From Octopus vulgaris (Eukaryota): 64,000 nucleotides of DNA. A program made the translations under genes and the position numbers. Positions within the stretch are counted from its first letter, which is position 1. Each line of letters begins with the position of its first letter. The stretch spans positions 85,064,001 to 85,128,000 of the forward strand of contig OX597819.1 in the NCBI GenBank assembly GCA_951406725.2, read 5' to 3'. Below are positions 28,338 through 42,559 of the stretch, in pieces. The notes under the pieces are model-generated. The model did no database searches. It had not been told where the DNA came from and saw only the letters and a program-made list of their open reading frames with translations.

Positions 28338-28535
28338 TTTCTTTTACTTGTTTCGGTCATTTGACTGCGGCCATGCTGGAGCACCAGCTTTACTCTAATA
28401 AATCGACCTCAGGACTTGTTGTTTGTAAGCCTAGTAATTATTCTATCAGTATCTTTTGACGAATCGCTAAATTACGGGGACGTAAACACACCAACATCGG
28501 TTGTCAAGCGATGGTGGGGTACAAACACAAACACA
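28338..28535 (-). mobile_element. SINE family A 3' module
   Basis: Reverse complement of the 4700-4910 module. Confidence 0.85.
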
Positions 28536-28563
28536 AATACACAATACATACTCACACACAAAC

Positions 28564-28619
<56 letters not shown>

Positions 28620-29163
28620 GCACACACACACACACATATATATATATATTTACAATAAATATAAGTGTTTGAAATTTATACACGGAGTGATAACGACTAT
28701 GTGGTTTTCTTACATGCTAAAAAGGGCAGTCAAATTCCGAAACCACAAAAGCACGTTCTTATTTAGGGCACTTTGATTGTAAGCGAGCAGGACAATTTGA
28801 AAGAATTAAAATATCAGTTAATTCTATACCCAGATAATTCCCTGTTGAATTTATATTCACTGCTGTATTATTCTGGCTCGGCACGCTGATTGAGGTAATT
28901 TGATTTGAATTCTTAATGTATAACGATGAAACTCAGTATACACGTGTTTTATCTTTTTGCTTCGGTACGTATTCGAATTTTATAATTATATGTCCCACCG
29001 ATTCTACTGAAGATCCTCGGAAGGTTAATTCATGAACTGATTGATTAATTAATTGATTTATTTAATCATTAATGGCAAAATTTTGGAGTATAGAATTAAT
29101 TAATATATATTCTAAAAATATTTATGTCTTCCGATATTTTTTATGCATTTTAGCATACATACA

Positions 29164-29247
<84 letters not shown>

Positions 29248-29263
29248 TACATACATACATATG

Positions 29264-29295
<32 letters not shown>

Positions 29296-30656
29296 TGTCA
29301 GTAATTTATACAGCTTCTGCACGAATTGCTAATTTTGCTGTCGTGTTGATATATATATATATATATATATATTCACACACACACAGACATACCCAGATAC
29401 ACAGACACATACACATACACACACAAGTAAATTTGATATCTTACACAAATCATACACTGAAAAAAAATAAGAACTTCAATGAATAATTCTCTAAGCGTAT
29501 TGATAATTTAGGGTGGTTGGGTTAAAATGGCTGAAAGTCACTATTCTCTGTATCATATAATAAGAAATTCTTTGACAAAACTGAGTCAAAATTAAATTAA
29601 AAGACGACATATAAGATGTGGACTGTGCATAAGATCGAATTCAAAACAATCTGTAAATTCTATGAGTGCCATTCTAAACATGATTGTGGGGAGTATGTAT
29701 TCCTGTAAAGGACGCACAATATAGTAGTCATTACAGTGAAATATCAATTGGTTCGATTCAAAATAGGATCTTACTTCTTTGTTGTCTCTCATGAGTTTCC
29801 TTGGTATCAATACATTTTGCTCTATTATAAAATGTAACGATCTATGTTTGCTTCGTTTTTGCTAAGTCAGGTAGAAAGTGCTTCATTTGCATTCTGCTAA
29901 AATTTCTCCTTGCATAAGCATGCCAACGGAACCAGTAATTAAGGATTTACAATCTTCAAGCCCCAACGCCAAATTTCCTTTAGAAGTTCTCTCATGGTAA
30001 TGGCGACAAATATAAAACTATTGCAATGCATCAGCCCAATAAGCATTATTGATTCCTTACGTAGTCACAATAACTTGAATTTAGAAGTAAAAGCAGACGA
30101 TCATACTTTATAATATAGCAAAGGGATTAAGGATACGAATGAAAGGAAGTAAGTGGTATCGACTGGGAACCGAAACTAGATAATGAATCCAGTATGTTCA
30201 GTGCTTACAGGATTCATTCATATTCTATAAAAGGCCCTCCAGGAAAGTAGAAAACATTGAGAAAGCATGAAAAGAAACGAAAATTGTTTCTAGATTAAAT
30301 GTTGTTTTTTACTAAATTTTATTTAATAAACGTACAATAAACGAAGAAGTTGTTTAACACTGGGACAAGCGTGATTACAGAGACCTATAACCAAAGACCA
30401 TGATCATTTTGTCTTTTTAACGGAGATACATTAGACAATGTGTTGTTTTCTTTCTCCGACGGTAGAGTGTAAGTTGAGGGAGATTTGGCTGCTATTTCTA
30501 GCGGACAGGACTCCACGCAGAGGCTCTCTCGTTGGATCGTATTTAGAGAACTGAAAAAAAAACGAGTGGTAAAAATGGTAAAGGAACAAATGAAGGACAT
30601 TTGATACTTAAATGACATTCCTTTGCGTTCTGTGTTCAAATCCAGCTACACTCAAC

Positions 30657-30731
<75 letters not shown>

Positions 30732-31169
30732 ACACACGCACGCACATGCAAACGTAGATACATACGTGCATAAGTAAACACACATATATTTGATACTGCG
30801 TGGACTGAGATCCCCATTATTAAAAACAAAGTTTTAAAGACTTGTGATATGCAGATTAGTAGCTTCAGTTCCATGTATCTAGCGGCTTTGTTGAATATAT
30901 AAACGAATTGGCTGCTTACTTCTTTGGTGTTTGGTCAAATGATATAAACACCTCGGATGAAATTTCCACCTCCTCTTGATTAATGAGGCGCCGCGTGAGA
31001 GACAACAAAGAAGTAAGATCCTATTTTGACTCGAACCTTATTGATACTTCACTGTAGTGACATCGATTCGATTCCCTTAAGCTCCTGGAGTGTATTCGGG
31101 GCTGTTTGATTAACATAAAGTCTTATGGTGTCTTGCTGCAAAAGAGTTTGCTTTCTGTTAACCAATGCC

Positions 31170-31430
31170 TAGTATTTTTGCCGCACAATGGTATACGTCT
31201 GTGAAATGCCGTGCTCTTCTGATACTGTCGAACCAATTGGTTACTGTATTGTGATCAACTGTGCCTTTACATTCTGTATGACAAATGATTTTGGTTGCTT
31301 CCGGGGCATCATGGCTCAGTTTGATCTTGTACAGCATAAGTTCCCGAATTAGTCTACATTGCATGTTCATCTGTGCGGTTTTCAAATCACATATGGAGTG
31401 AAACAATGAACAACGTATCAGCGCATCAAC
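31170..31430 (-). mobile_element. Mariner HTH remnant
   Basis: LIRELMLYKIKLSHDAPEATKIIC...TVTNWF resembles the Mos1-type N-terminus. Confidence 0.6.
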
Positions 31431-31544
31431 TAACGCGATACTGCCAACCTCAGCGGGTACCTTCCACAGCTTGAACTGCTTGGATCACGTGATATACACG
31501 CCGCAAACTAACTTGTTTTCAAATATATGTGCGTGTGTATGTGT

Positions 31545-31768
<224 letters not shown>

Positions 31769-32414
31769 ATGTATGTATGCATACATACATACATACATAT
31801 CGTGTTTATATTTGTGTGTGTGTGTGTATTATTGTGAGTGTGAGGAGCCGGGTCTACAGGTGTACTCAGTTCTTGGTTATAAACATGACACAGTATTATG
31901 GCCTGGATAAAAACTCTGACCTCTTGACCTCTCGATTGACTCTGCTGATTTATCAGTTCTGTCGTATATGGTATTCTCAATATAAAAAATTAAAAAAAGT
32001 AATATTAGGTGTTATTGTTGACACTGTTATAGTTGTTCAAACTTAGCTCAGATCTCAAATAACTCGTATATATGATTACAGACGTTCCAATTTGATGATT
32101 CATTTTTTTCTTGTGCCTTTTCATTAGACACTATATATACATTGAAAACATTATCCACAATGACCCTTAGGAGAGTCAACGAAGTTATCCTATAAGTACA
32201 ACATTTATTAAGACGGTAGAGTATTGTTTTACGATTGCTATTTCCCGCATTTTGATGTACTGAATAGAATTTTCTCCCTCGTTGCCTCAAAGCGTATCAG
32301 TTAATTAATCAGGATGTATGCGTACCGAATGATCAGAAAAACCTGTTAGGAGAATTTGTGTGCATGCTTGCAAATGAGTATTCTAATACAAATCTTTAAA
32401 GATTTATCGATACC

Positions 32415-32757
32415 ATCCTCAACATCATCATTATACCCACACCAACACCAGCACCAGCACCAGCACTACCACTGCCATCATCATGACTACCCACGTACTC
32501 TTCCTGCTTCGCATCATCATTACGACCACGACCACCACTACCACCAGCATCATCATCATCATCGTCGCCATAATCATCCTTATCAGTCTCCTCCTTCCTC
32601 CTACTTATCGTTGTCGTCATCATCGTCGTCGTCGTCGTCGTCTATCCTCCTCCTCCTCCTCCTCCTCCTCCTCATCATCATCATCATCATCATCGCCATC
32701 GTCATCTTCGTCGTCGTTGTCGTCGTCGTCGTTGTCGTCGTCGTCGTCGTTGTCATC
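32415..32757. repeat. Compound trinucleotide tract (CAC/CAG/CAT/TCG/TCC)
   Basis: Successive CAC, CAT, GTC and TCC runs. Confidence 0.9.
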
Positions 32758-33226
32758 TAGGGGTGTTTAAGAGATGATTCTTGTAAAGCACTGTTTCAAT
32801 GCAGCTATCGTGCAACAGCAAATGAGCAAGAAAAAAATTCGTTATCTGGACGCTCAGCAAGAAGTTTTTTCGCTACAGCAAACACTAACCTTCCCACTCT
32901 CTCTCACTACCCGAAAAAATAAATGATCTTCTAACACAGAGGAACATATTCGGCGCCTCGCTACCCAACTACAATGGAATCTAAAAAACTCTATCTCATT
33001 CAGTTCAGACAAACATAAACACACACACACACACGCACACGTAAAATTTCACACATATATATCAATATTGTTTTCAACTTTGCTCATGATAGATATACGC
33101 GTATATACACACACACATACATACACACACACGTGCACGCGCACGCACACACATACACACATGTAAATGCTTTTTAATTACTTTTTCTTGAAAGCCAAAA
33201 AAAGATGCTTTATATTTTTGCTTTGT

Positions 33227-33266
33227 ATTTCAATATTTCGGAGTTATGTCTCCTTCTTCAGGAAAT
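33227..33266 (-). ncRNA. Minimal hammerhead motif in a small foldback (about 33205-33350)
   Basis: Minus strand ATTTC-CTGAAGA-A-GGAG acataa CTCC-GAAA-TA-TT^-GAAAT; a decayed inverted copy lies at about 33288-33330. Confidence 0.65.
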
Positions 33267-33514
33267 CTCACAATACCATATCTCCTAAGATTTCTTGAAG
33301 AAGGAGTCCTAACCCTGAAATATTAAAATAGGAGGCAAAAATACAAACCATCGATTTGTACTATTTCTTATAACTCGCATTGTTTTCGTTAAAAAATATC
33401 TATCTATATCAGACAATGCTTCATGCTAATATAATTTATACTCTAATATTCTAATACATACATAAATACATACACACATACATACATACATACATACATA
33501 CATACATACATACA

Positions 33515-33547
<33 letters not shown>

Positions 33548-33559
33548 GTATGTGTGTGT

Positions 33560-34279
33560 AAATATTCTATAATTATAAACATAATTATAATTAAGGGTCA
33601 GCTAATTGCTTCACCACATACCGAATTTTGAAATAGGAGTTAAAAATTCCTTTTCTACTACTGTAAGAATCTCCGCGACAGTAACACACTTTTTTACGTA
33701 GACAAAGAGAAAAGCAATGAATCAACACGACTCCGATTAGCCACAGACCGTTTCGAGATTAAAGTGCTCTCTTCATTTGAAAGTGCTACGGTTAAATATG
33801 CACACGATCGAGCGACATCGTGCAACAGATATCCAACCAACACTTCCAAAATTTACACAGCCGAATGTGAATACACTATTCATCATTGTACCCACGTGTA
33901 TGTAACGAGCAGTACCGCAGAAAACTGCAGTATTCTATCATGGAGTAAATTATAGTGTTGGTTGGATATCTGTTGCACGATGTCGCTCGGTCGTCTGCAA
34001 GTTTAACCCTAGCACTTTCAAGTTTTATAATTAGAACTGCTACACTGACGATGGGAAGTAAGTAATTAAAACACTTTAATCTCGAAACGCGTCTGTGGCT
34101 AATCGGAGTCGTATTGACTCATTGTTTTTCTCTTTACCTACGCGAAAAAGTGTGTTATTGTCGTGGCGATTCTTACAGTAGTAGAAAAGGAATTTTTAAC
34201 TCCTATTTCAAAATTCGGTATGTGGTGAAGCAATTAGCTGATTCCTAATTATAATTATGTTTATAATTATAGAATATTT
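33560..34279. mobile_element. About 720-bp foldback element with about 300-bp inverted arms, hammerhead-bearing
   Basis: Arms at about 33560-33856 and 33947-34279 are reverse complements; the element sits next to (CATA)n. Confidence 0.9.
34039..34099 (+). ncRNA. Minimal type-I hammerhead ribozyme motif
   Basis: GCTACA-CTGACGA-T-GGGA...TCTC-GAAA-CGCG-TC^-TGTGGC, with palindromic CGCG stem III and a GUC site. Confidence 0.78.
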
Positions 34280-35217
34280 GTATAATTTTACCTATAAAGG
34301 TTATTTTAAAATTTTACCTATACATGTTATTTAGAAGATGTACTTGGTAAAATTATCAATTGATTGATTGATTAATTAATTAATTCAATTAATTAATTTT
34401 ACCCATTTATTATTAATTTTAAATTATATATATATATTTATGTATATGTGTGTACACACAAACACTGCATTACATTAATTATCAGGACAGAGCAACAGGA
34501 GTAACTGCCGCTTCTAAGTTAACTTTGCTTACTCCAAATGTTTTTACCACCAGTACAAACGAACCAACTAGAAAATGTTTTACGCGGTTTTTCGGCCAGT
34601 AAAAACTGTAGTTAATTGTTTTCAAATATTATGCTTTCGTTGAAAGAGTCATAAATATAACATATCGGAAAAAGACATCGAAATTGCCACTGTTTAAATG
34701 CATATCAGTTGAACGAAATATTTCGTCACACAAATATTTTTCACAATGCATGCAAATGTTGTGAACGAACAACAGAAGCCATGAACCATGAATCTGCACG
34801 AAACTAGCTTTAAAATCTCCAGTATATCTTGTGTGTACGGTTTGTTATACAACTACTACTGTTATGTTTAAAGCTCTACGTAGATTATCATCGTCCAGTC
34901 TGCTTCTAGTATACTGCTAGGGTAAGTACGATGCTTAGTTGCGTTACTTGTAATGATATACAGAATAGAAGTTGGAGAAATTATGGTAAACACAAGTTTA
35001 ACTCCTATAAAGGTAAGAGTTTACCAAAATACTTACAAAAATGTAGACGCAAGCGTGGCTGTGTGGCAAGAAGCTTGCTTCCCAACAACATGGTTGAGGG
35101 TGCAGTGTCTTCTTCTGGACAAGTGTCTTCTACTGGGCAAGTGTCCTCTACTATTACCTCAGTCCAGCCAAAGCTCTGTCAGTGGATTTGGTAGAGAGAA
35201 CGAAATCCGTCATTACC

Positions 35218-35314
<97 letters not shown>

Positions 35315-35315
35315 G

Positions 35316-35459
<144 letters not shown>

Positions 35460-35460
35460 G

Positions 35461-37243
35461 ATGCGGGACGAGCGTGTCTGCATACGCGGACGACGTCACC
35501 GTCATAGTGTCTAGCCACGAGCACATCGAGCAGGTCGGCGAGACACTGAAAAACTACGAAGCGGTGACAGGAGCGAAAATCAACCGGGAAAAGTCAGTGG
35601 GCTTGCGACTAGGCACCTGGAGAAGCAAGCCCATGCCGTCCACCAGCGCCTCCGTCGTGGGACGCTGGACCGACGGCCCGGTTGAGTTGCTCGGGGTCTG
35701 GTTTGGTCCGGACCTCCAAGTGGAGAAGAACTGGAACGAGATAACGAGTAGGGTGGTCACTCTCGCCCGGCAATGGGCCGAGAGGAAACTGTCCCTAAAA
35801 GGTCGGGCGGAGGTGGCGAACACGTACATCGCGTCCGTCATCTACTACCGCCTGACCGTCGTACCTTGTCCCGACCCTACCATCACCAAACTACAACGCA
35901 TTCTCTTTCGCTTCTTGTGGAAAGGATGCGTCCCGATGGTCAGGCGATCCATTTGCTGTCAACACCCGTTAAAAGGAGGGCTGGGCATGCCGTGGTTGAT
36001 GATGCGCAGACACGCGCTGAGACTGCGACATCTCTGGCTCTATGTAGACGACGGTGAACAGGTGTGGTCGCCGTTTGTGAGGCACGCTTTCCCGCAGCTC
36101 GTCTCCATGACCGAACTGCAGTCGTGGATCAAAAAGAGGCCGAAGAAGGGCGAATTGCACCGCGAGTGTCGCGTTGCTCTCAAGCAACTCTGCCGTCCTG
36201 GGTCGACCTTGAGTGACTTCAACACAACCAAAGCATTCTATAGGGGTTTAGTGGAGGGGAGGTACGACGACGAGCTCGGGGCGAACCTGGACGTCGACGA
36301 GGAGTACCTGACCCGCCTGTTCAGGACGACTTTCGGGCCAGGGCCCATGGACAACTTCCAGAGATCCCTGGCCTGGCAGTGCTACCGAGAAGCGCTACCC
36401 GTTCGGGATAAGCTCTACAGACACGGCTCGAGAAACACGGGGCCGACCTGCCCGAGATGCGGTCAGAGCGACGAAACCGTTCTGCACGCACTCGTGCAGT
36501 GTCCAACAATTTCCGACCTGTGGGCTTATGTCGAACAACTGCTGTCACGTGTGGGACGAGTCGGTTTATCAGCTGAGTCTATCGTTAATATTGTCACGCC
36601 TCCCTCCTTCAAACGGGAAGGAAGAGCTATTTTCATCATCCTTGTGGCTATGGCGAAAGAATGTATCTGGTGGACGCGTCTGAAAGGATTGGAGACAAGC
36701 ACTTTCCTCTCTGGTCAATCTCTCATCAACTTCTTCAAGTACCACTTGAAAAGGAAAGTGAGAGTAGAGAGGCAAGTTTTGTCTAGCGAATGTTTTAAAA
36801 AAAGATGGGTGAATGTAGCAAGAATGGCACGTATGAATGACGAAGCCACCTTGAGCATGATCCTATGAACCCAGAAATTGAAAACAGAGAGTTGCTTATT
36901 TGCAAAAAAAAAAAAAAGAAATATAACATGTGACTCCATTGAGCGAGGTTACCGTGGTCTTTTCCGTAGGCTTTTCTTTCCACGGGTAAACCTCACCTGT
37001 CCTCCCCTTTACACTTCATATTGACATTTCTGTGATAACGATCCCTATTGATCAATTTTTTTTTCTTCCTCTCCCCCTTTTTTTAACCCCCTTTTTTTGT
37101 CCTCTTTCTCTCCTTTTACGATCCCTTTTGATCGAAACTCCCCCTTCCTTTTTTTTTTTTTTTTTTTTAAACCTTCAAAAGAAAAGCTCTACCTTGTAAT
37201 TTGTTCTATCTGTGTGCAGCCCTGTGTGGCTAATAAAGAAACA
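35461..37243 (+). mobile_element. 5'-truncated L1/Tx1-clade LINE inserted in (TATC)n
   Basis: GC-rich ORF2 3' part and a T/C-rich 3' UTR ending GCTAATAAAGAAAC directly into (TATC)n. Confidence 0.9.
35474..36868 (+). CDS. Tx1/L1 ORF2 C-terminal part (RT YADD to CCHC zinc knuckle), uninterrupted, 464 aa
   Basis: AYADDVTV, GAKINREKS, LSLKGRAEVAN, PLKGGLGMP and CPRCGQSDETVLHALVQC. Confidence 0.9.
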   Translation: MSAYADDVTVIVSSHEHIEQVGETLKNYEAVTGAKINREKSVGLRLGTWRSKPMPSTSASVVGRWTDGPVELLGVWFGPDLQVEKNWNEITSRVVTLARQWAERKLSLKGRAEVANTYIASVIYYRLTVVPCPDPTITKLQRILFRFLWKGCVPMVRRSICCQHPLKGGLGMPWLMMRRHALRLRHLWLYVDDGEQVWSPFVRHAFPQLVSMTELQSWIKKRPKKGELHRECRVALKQLCRPGSTLSDFNTTKAFYRGLVEGRYDDELGANLDVDEEYLTRLFRTTFGPGPMDNFQRSLAWQCYREALPVRDKLYRHGSRNTGPTCPRCGQSDETVLHALVQCPTISDLWAYVEQLLSRVGRVGLSAESIVNIVTPPSFKREGRAIFIILVAMAKECIWWTRLKGLETSTFLSGQSLINFFKYHLKRKVRVERQVLSSECFKKRWVNVARMARMNDEATLSMIL

Positions 37244-37256
37244 TATCTATCTATCA

Positions 37257-37353
<97 letters not shown>

Positions 37354-37362
37354 TCTATCTAA

Positions 37363-37453
<91 letters not shown>

Positions 37454-38272
37454 ACTAGTTAACTATCTATCTAGCTATCTCTGTATACATACGTGCGTGT
37501 GTGTGTTTGTGTATCTCTCTATACATACGTGTGTGTGTGTTTGTGTCTGTATTTGTCCCACCACCCACCGCTTGGTGTGTTTACGTCCCCATAACATAGC
37601 GGTTCGGCATAAGAAACCAACGGAATATGTACTAGGCTAAAAAAAGTGCCAGCAGCGATCTGTTCCATTAAAAAAATCCTTTCAAGACAGTGTCCCAGCA
37701 CGGCCGCAGTCAAATGACGGAAACAAATAAAAGATAAAAGATATAATACAATAAAGCAATACCATTTATAAAAGTTCCACAAACTACATAACATTAAAAA
37801 AACTCTAACAAGGGCAACTACAATGAGAAAAATAGAAAATACCATTAATATCTCCTTTCCTTAACATCACAGATTAACATAGAATAAATAGGTTTAAAAA
37901 ATCTTCACAATACGTGTTACACAAAAATGAAATTCGTAAATCTGATGTAAAGATTTAAAGATTATCAATATATCATTAACATTTTTTATAGAATTTAAAG
38001 ATTTTTTTAATGAACATCAGGAGGCAGTTTTATTACATCGACGTAGGACATTGCTTATTGTTAATTAAAACTCAAATCAAATTAGACAGCCCGTATTGTA
38101 ATGGCGGTTTTAACCATGCATTTAGTACATTGATATCACAAACGATACCCGTAAATTAACAAGAGACAACACCACGCTAGAAATGCCCGATTTCTAAATA
38201 CAAAACAGGAATACGATAGGAATTAATATAATGAACACACGCAAACACACACACATACACACGCGCACAGAC

Positions 38273-38488
38273 TTCAAATTTTTACACAAGGCCAGCAATT
38301 TCGTAGGAGGGCTAGGTCGATTAGATCGCCCCCAGTGATCAAATGGTACTTATTTTATCATTTTATCGACCCCTAAAGGATGAGAGATAAAGTTGACTTC
38401 GGCGAGATTTGAACTCAGAACGGAAAGATGGACGAAGTGTCGCTAAGTATTTTGCCCAGCATGCTAACGATTCTGCCCGCTCGCCACC
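38273..38488 (-). mobile_element. SINE family B
   Basis: Reverse complement of the family B head and domain, with the GGCCTTGTG..AAATTTGAA tail. Confidence 0.82.
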
Positions 38489-38607
38489 TTTGAACATATA
38501 TTTATATATCTTATCAATTGACCTCACCCCCTCTCCAAATCTCATCAGGCATATATACATAACACACCCACCCACACTCTCGCATGCACGCACACACAGA
38601 CACACAA

Positions 38608-38684
<77 letters not shown>

Positions 38685-39731
38685 ATGCAAAACTTAGGCG
38701 AGCAAATTACGAAGCTTAAGTACTGTATAAGGACAATTTTTCCAGAACTTGAAACTTCCGGGATAAAGTAACAGTGGATTCATAATCTGACTAATACTTT
38801 TAAATCTATACCTACACCATCTTCCAAATCCTCCTCAAAAAAGGCACACAAACAAAGCAATCAGAACACTCATAGCACTGCACCGTTCTCCAAATACTTC
38901 TGTACAAATTTTACAACCAGACGTACATAAAGGATAAATATGAAGAGAGATAGATGCATATAAGTAAACTGATAGACTGGCAGACAGTCAGACAGACGGA
39001 GTTTTGGAATAAGCACATCACTTAACCAGCCATAACTTCTGTATTTTTTAATTCCCCAGATTTCTATGTTGTAAACATGAAAGATTACAATTTTTGGAAA
39101 AAATAAAAAAATAAAAAAATAAAATTTCAATGTTTGTATTCCCCACTACCTGTAACTTATTATTTTTTGTTTTCCCTGGAATATTTAAAAAAAAATTGTT
39201 TGCTTGAAAAAGCGTAGATTGATTCTGTCAAACTTTTTCCTTTTTTAAATTCCAAAGCAATTTTCCAAGTTAAAAATGAAACAGTTATATTTTCGCGTAT
39301 CCGCGCAGTATATTGGAGTACTTTCTTTTTTCATTTTAGAAAATTTCTATTTCACACAATAAATTTTAGCATAATCGATATTGTGTAAAATTTTCTAAAG
39401 AACTGAAATATGTTTTTGACTGGGAGAACGAAACAAAAACCTAGTGGTAGTTTTGTACTTCTAAAAAAACTTTTGTTTACTGATCGACTGCTTCACTGAT
39501 GCTTCACTGATGAGGCCTTATAACACCGGATCATATTTGTAACTTACATTCTATCAGTTCAAAAAGACATTTCCTGCCTAATTGAAATTCATTTTACGGA
39601 GACAAGTGATTTGATCTGAGATAAAAACAAAAAGGATTGCAGAATGGAAGACACATGCTAGCCTTTCAGAAACGCACAAAGACTGTAAACTTCCCTTAAC
39701 ATTTTCGGTTTGTATTATAGAGTCAAAATAA

Positions 39732-39950
39732 GGTGGTGAGCTGGTATAATCGTTTGCACGCCAGGCAAAATACTTAGCGGCATTTCGTCCGTGTGTACAT
39801 TCTGAATTTAAATTCCACCGAGGTCGACTTTGCCTTTCATATTTTCGGGGTCGATAAAATAAGTACCAGTTGAAATGGTCACTGGAGTCGATGTGATCGA
39901 CTTAGCCCCACCCTTGAAATTGCTGGCCTTGTACCAAAATTTGAAACCAA
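39732..39950 (+). mobile_element. SINE family B (a second decayed copy follows at about 39965-40140)
   Basis: GGTGGTGAGCTGG...GTCGACTTTGCCTTTCAT...AAGTACCAG...GGCCTTGTACCAAAATTTGAAAC. Confidence 0.85.
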
Positions 39951-40550
39951 TGTAGTGTCAAAATAAGGCGACGTGGTGTCAGAATCCTTAGCATGACGAG
40001 CAAAATACTTAGAATAGCTGCATTTCGTCAATCTTTACGTACTTGCCCCTCATCCTTTCGCGGTCGATAAAATAAGAAGCAGTGGAGCACTGGGGTTAAC
40101 TCAACCTCTACTCCAAACACTACTGGCCATGTGTCAGAAATTCCATCGTTCGAATCTTCGATATGGTCCCTGACAACGTTACACTGCATCTAATTTCAAT
40201 GTTCTGTAAAAGTTATTATATACTTTTTGAAATTGTCTCCCCTCCTCGATGAAAAAGACGATAACATTATTTCTAGAACATTTCTCTAGCCTGTAACGTT
40301 TAATACTACAAAAGTATTTGTGAAAGGTTAGAAATGGGAGACTGCCAAAGTGCTATGTATGATGCGTAATATAGTTCAGGCGACTATATCCCTTTCTAGA
40401 AATTTGTGACCTTATTCTAAGGTCTTATTCAGATATTATTAATACGATACTGTAAAACAAAAGGAAAGATCTCTATGAACCGAACTCGCGAATCAGTTTT
40501 GATTTCCAGTTCAAGCTATTTCATTTTGCATAAGTTACAAATACCTTATA

Positions 40551-41327
<777 letters not shown>

Positions 41328-42471
41328 TATATATATATAGAATAATTTACTAACTTATATAACGTAGTGAGGAAAGTGGATGTGAAGAAAAAAAACCGTT
41401 TTTATCATTGAGTGATTGTTGCGAAAGAAATATAATAAAGATACGATAATTAATTCAAATGTTTAAATCTCGAATATAAGAGAAGAGTATTATTGGAAAT
41501 ATGTATATACATTTATATATACTGGTGCATTTAAAAAGAACAGAAAGTTACGAAAAAACTACGAAAATGTATAAAAAGGATATGTGCATATATGCATACA
41601 CAGATATATATATATATATATCCATATATACACATATGCATACATACAAATACATACACACACATATATACATGCTTATATGCACACATACATACACACA
41701 TACATGCATATATATATACATACACACGCACACACATAAACATATACACTCATACACGCATATGTGGGCATATGCAGGTGTATGGACATATGTACATCTA
41801 TATACAATTGTATAATGATATGAATATCATATGATATATGTAAATGTAATTACTATATAAGAAATAAGTGAAATATGGAATATAATGTATAATCTATGAA
41901 TTATATTAAACGGTGCTAATATAAAACTAGAAAAGAAATTTAGAGGTAGTAGTAACAATTGTAAAAGAAACATAAACACAGTAATAATAATAATAAAGCG
42001 AAAAGAATGTTGAAATATTATAAAACTCTTTGTATGCATAACCAAAGAGATAAATAAACTAAATCTATGAGAATGTGTTCAATTTGTGTAAGTGATTGTT
42101 GTGCGGTAAAAATTACTGTAAATATAAAAATATATCACCTGTAAGATTTTGGTTAATATAGGTAGATTTGTAAGAGACACACACACACACATACAAAGAT
42201 TTTTTTAAAAATGGGATAGTTATGATAGGAAGTATTAAAAAAAATACATATTATATAAGTGGTTATCAAAGTTTGCGTATAAGAAAGAAGAATAAAAAAG
42301 AGAGAAGGGGGAATATAATAAAGGAAATAAAAGTAAAAAAGATATATTATAGTAAAAAATAGTCACCCCAAAATATTAAAGAGTGTTTGCGTATATCAAT
42401 AGTAATAAAGAAAGATTGAAAATATCAATAGATTGGCAATAGTTAATTATGATAATAATAATAATAATAAT

Positions 42472-42528
<57 letters not shown>

Positions 42529-42559
42529 TGTAATAGAAGTAGCAATATTTAGAATAGGT

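Noticed and set aside
32356-32770. His/Ser/Leu homopolymer ORFs
   Set aside because: A compound trinucleotide tract that is open in several frames, with no splice or homology support.
39505-39540. CTGATGAGGCC hammerhead-like start
   Set aside because: No matching GGCC-GAAA or closing stems downstream.
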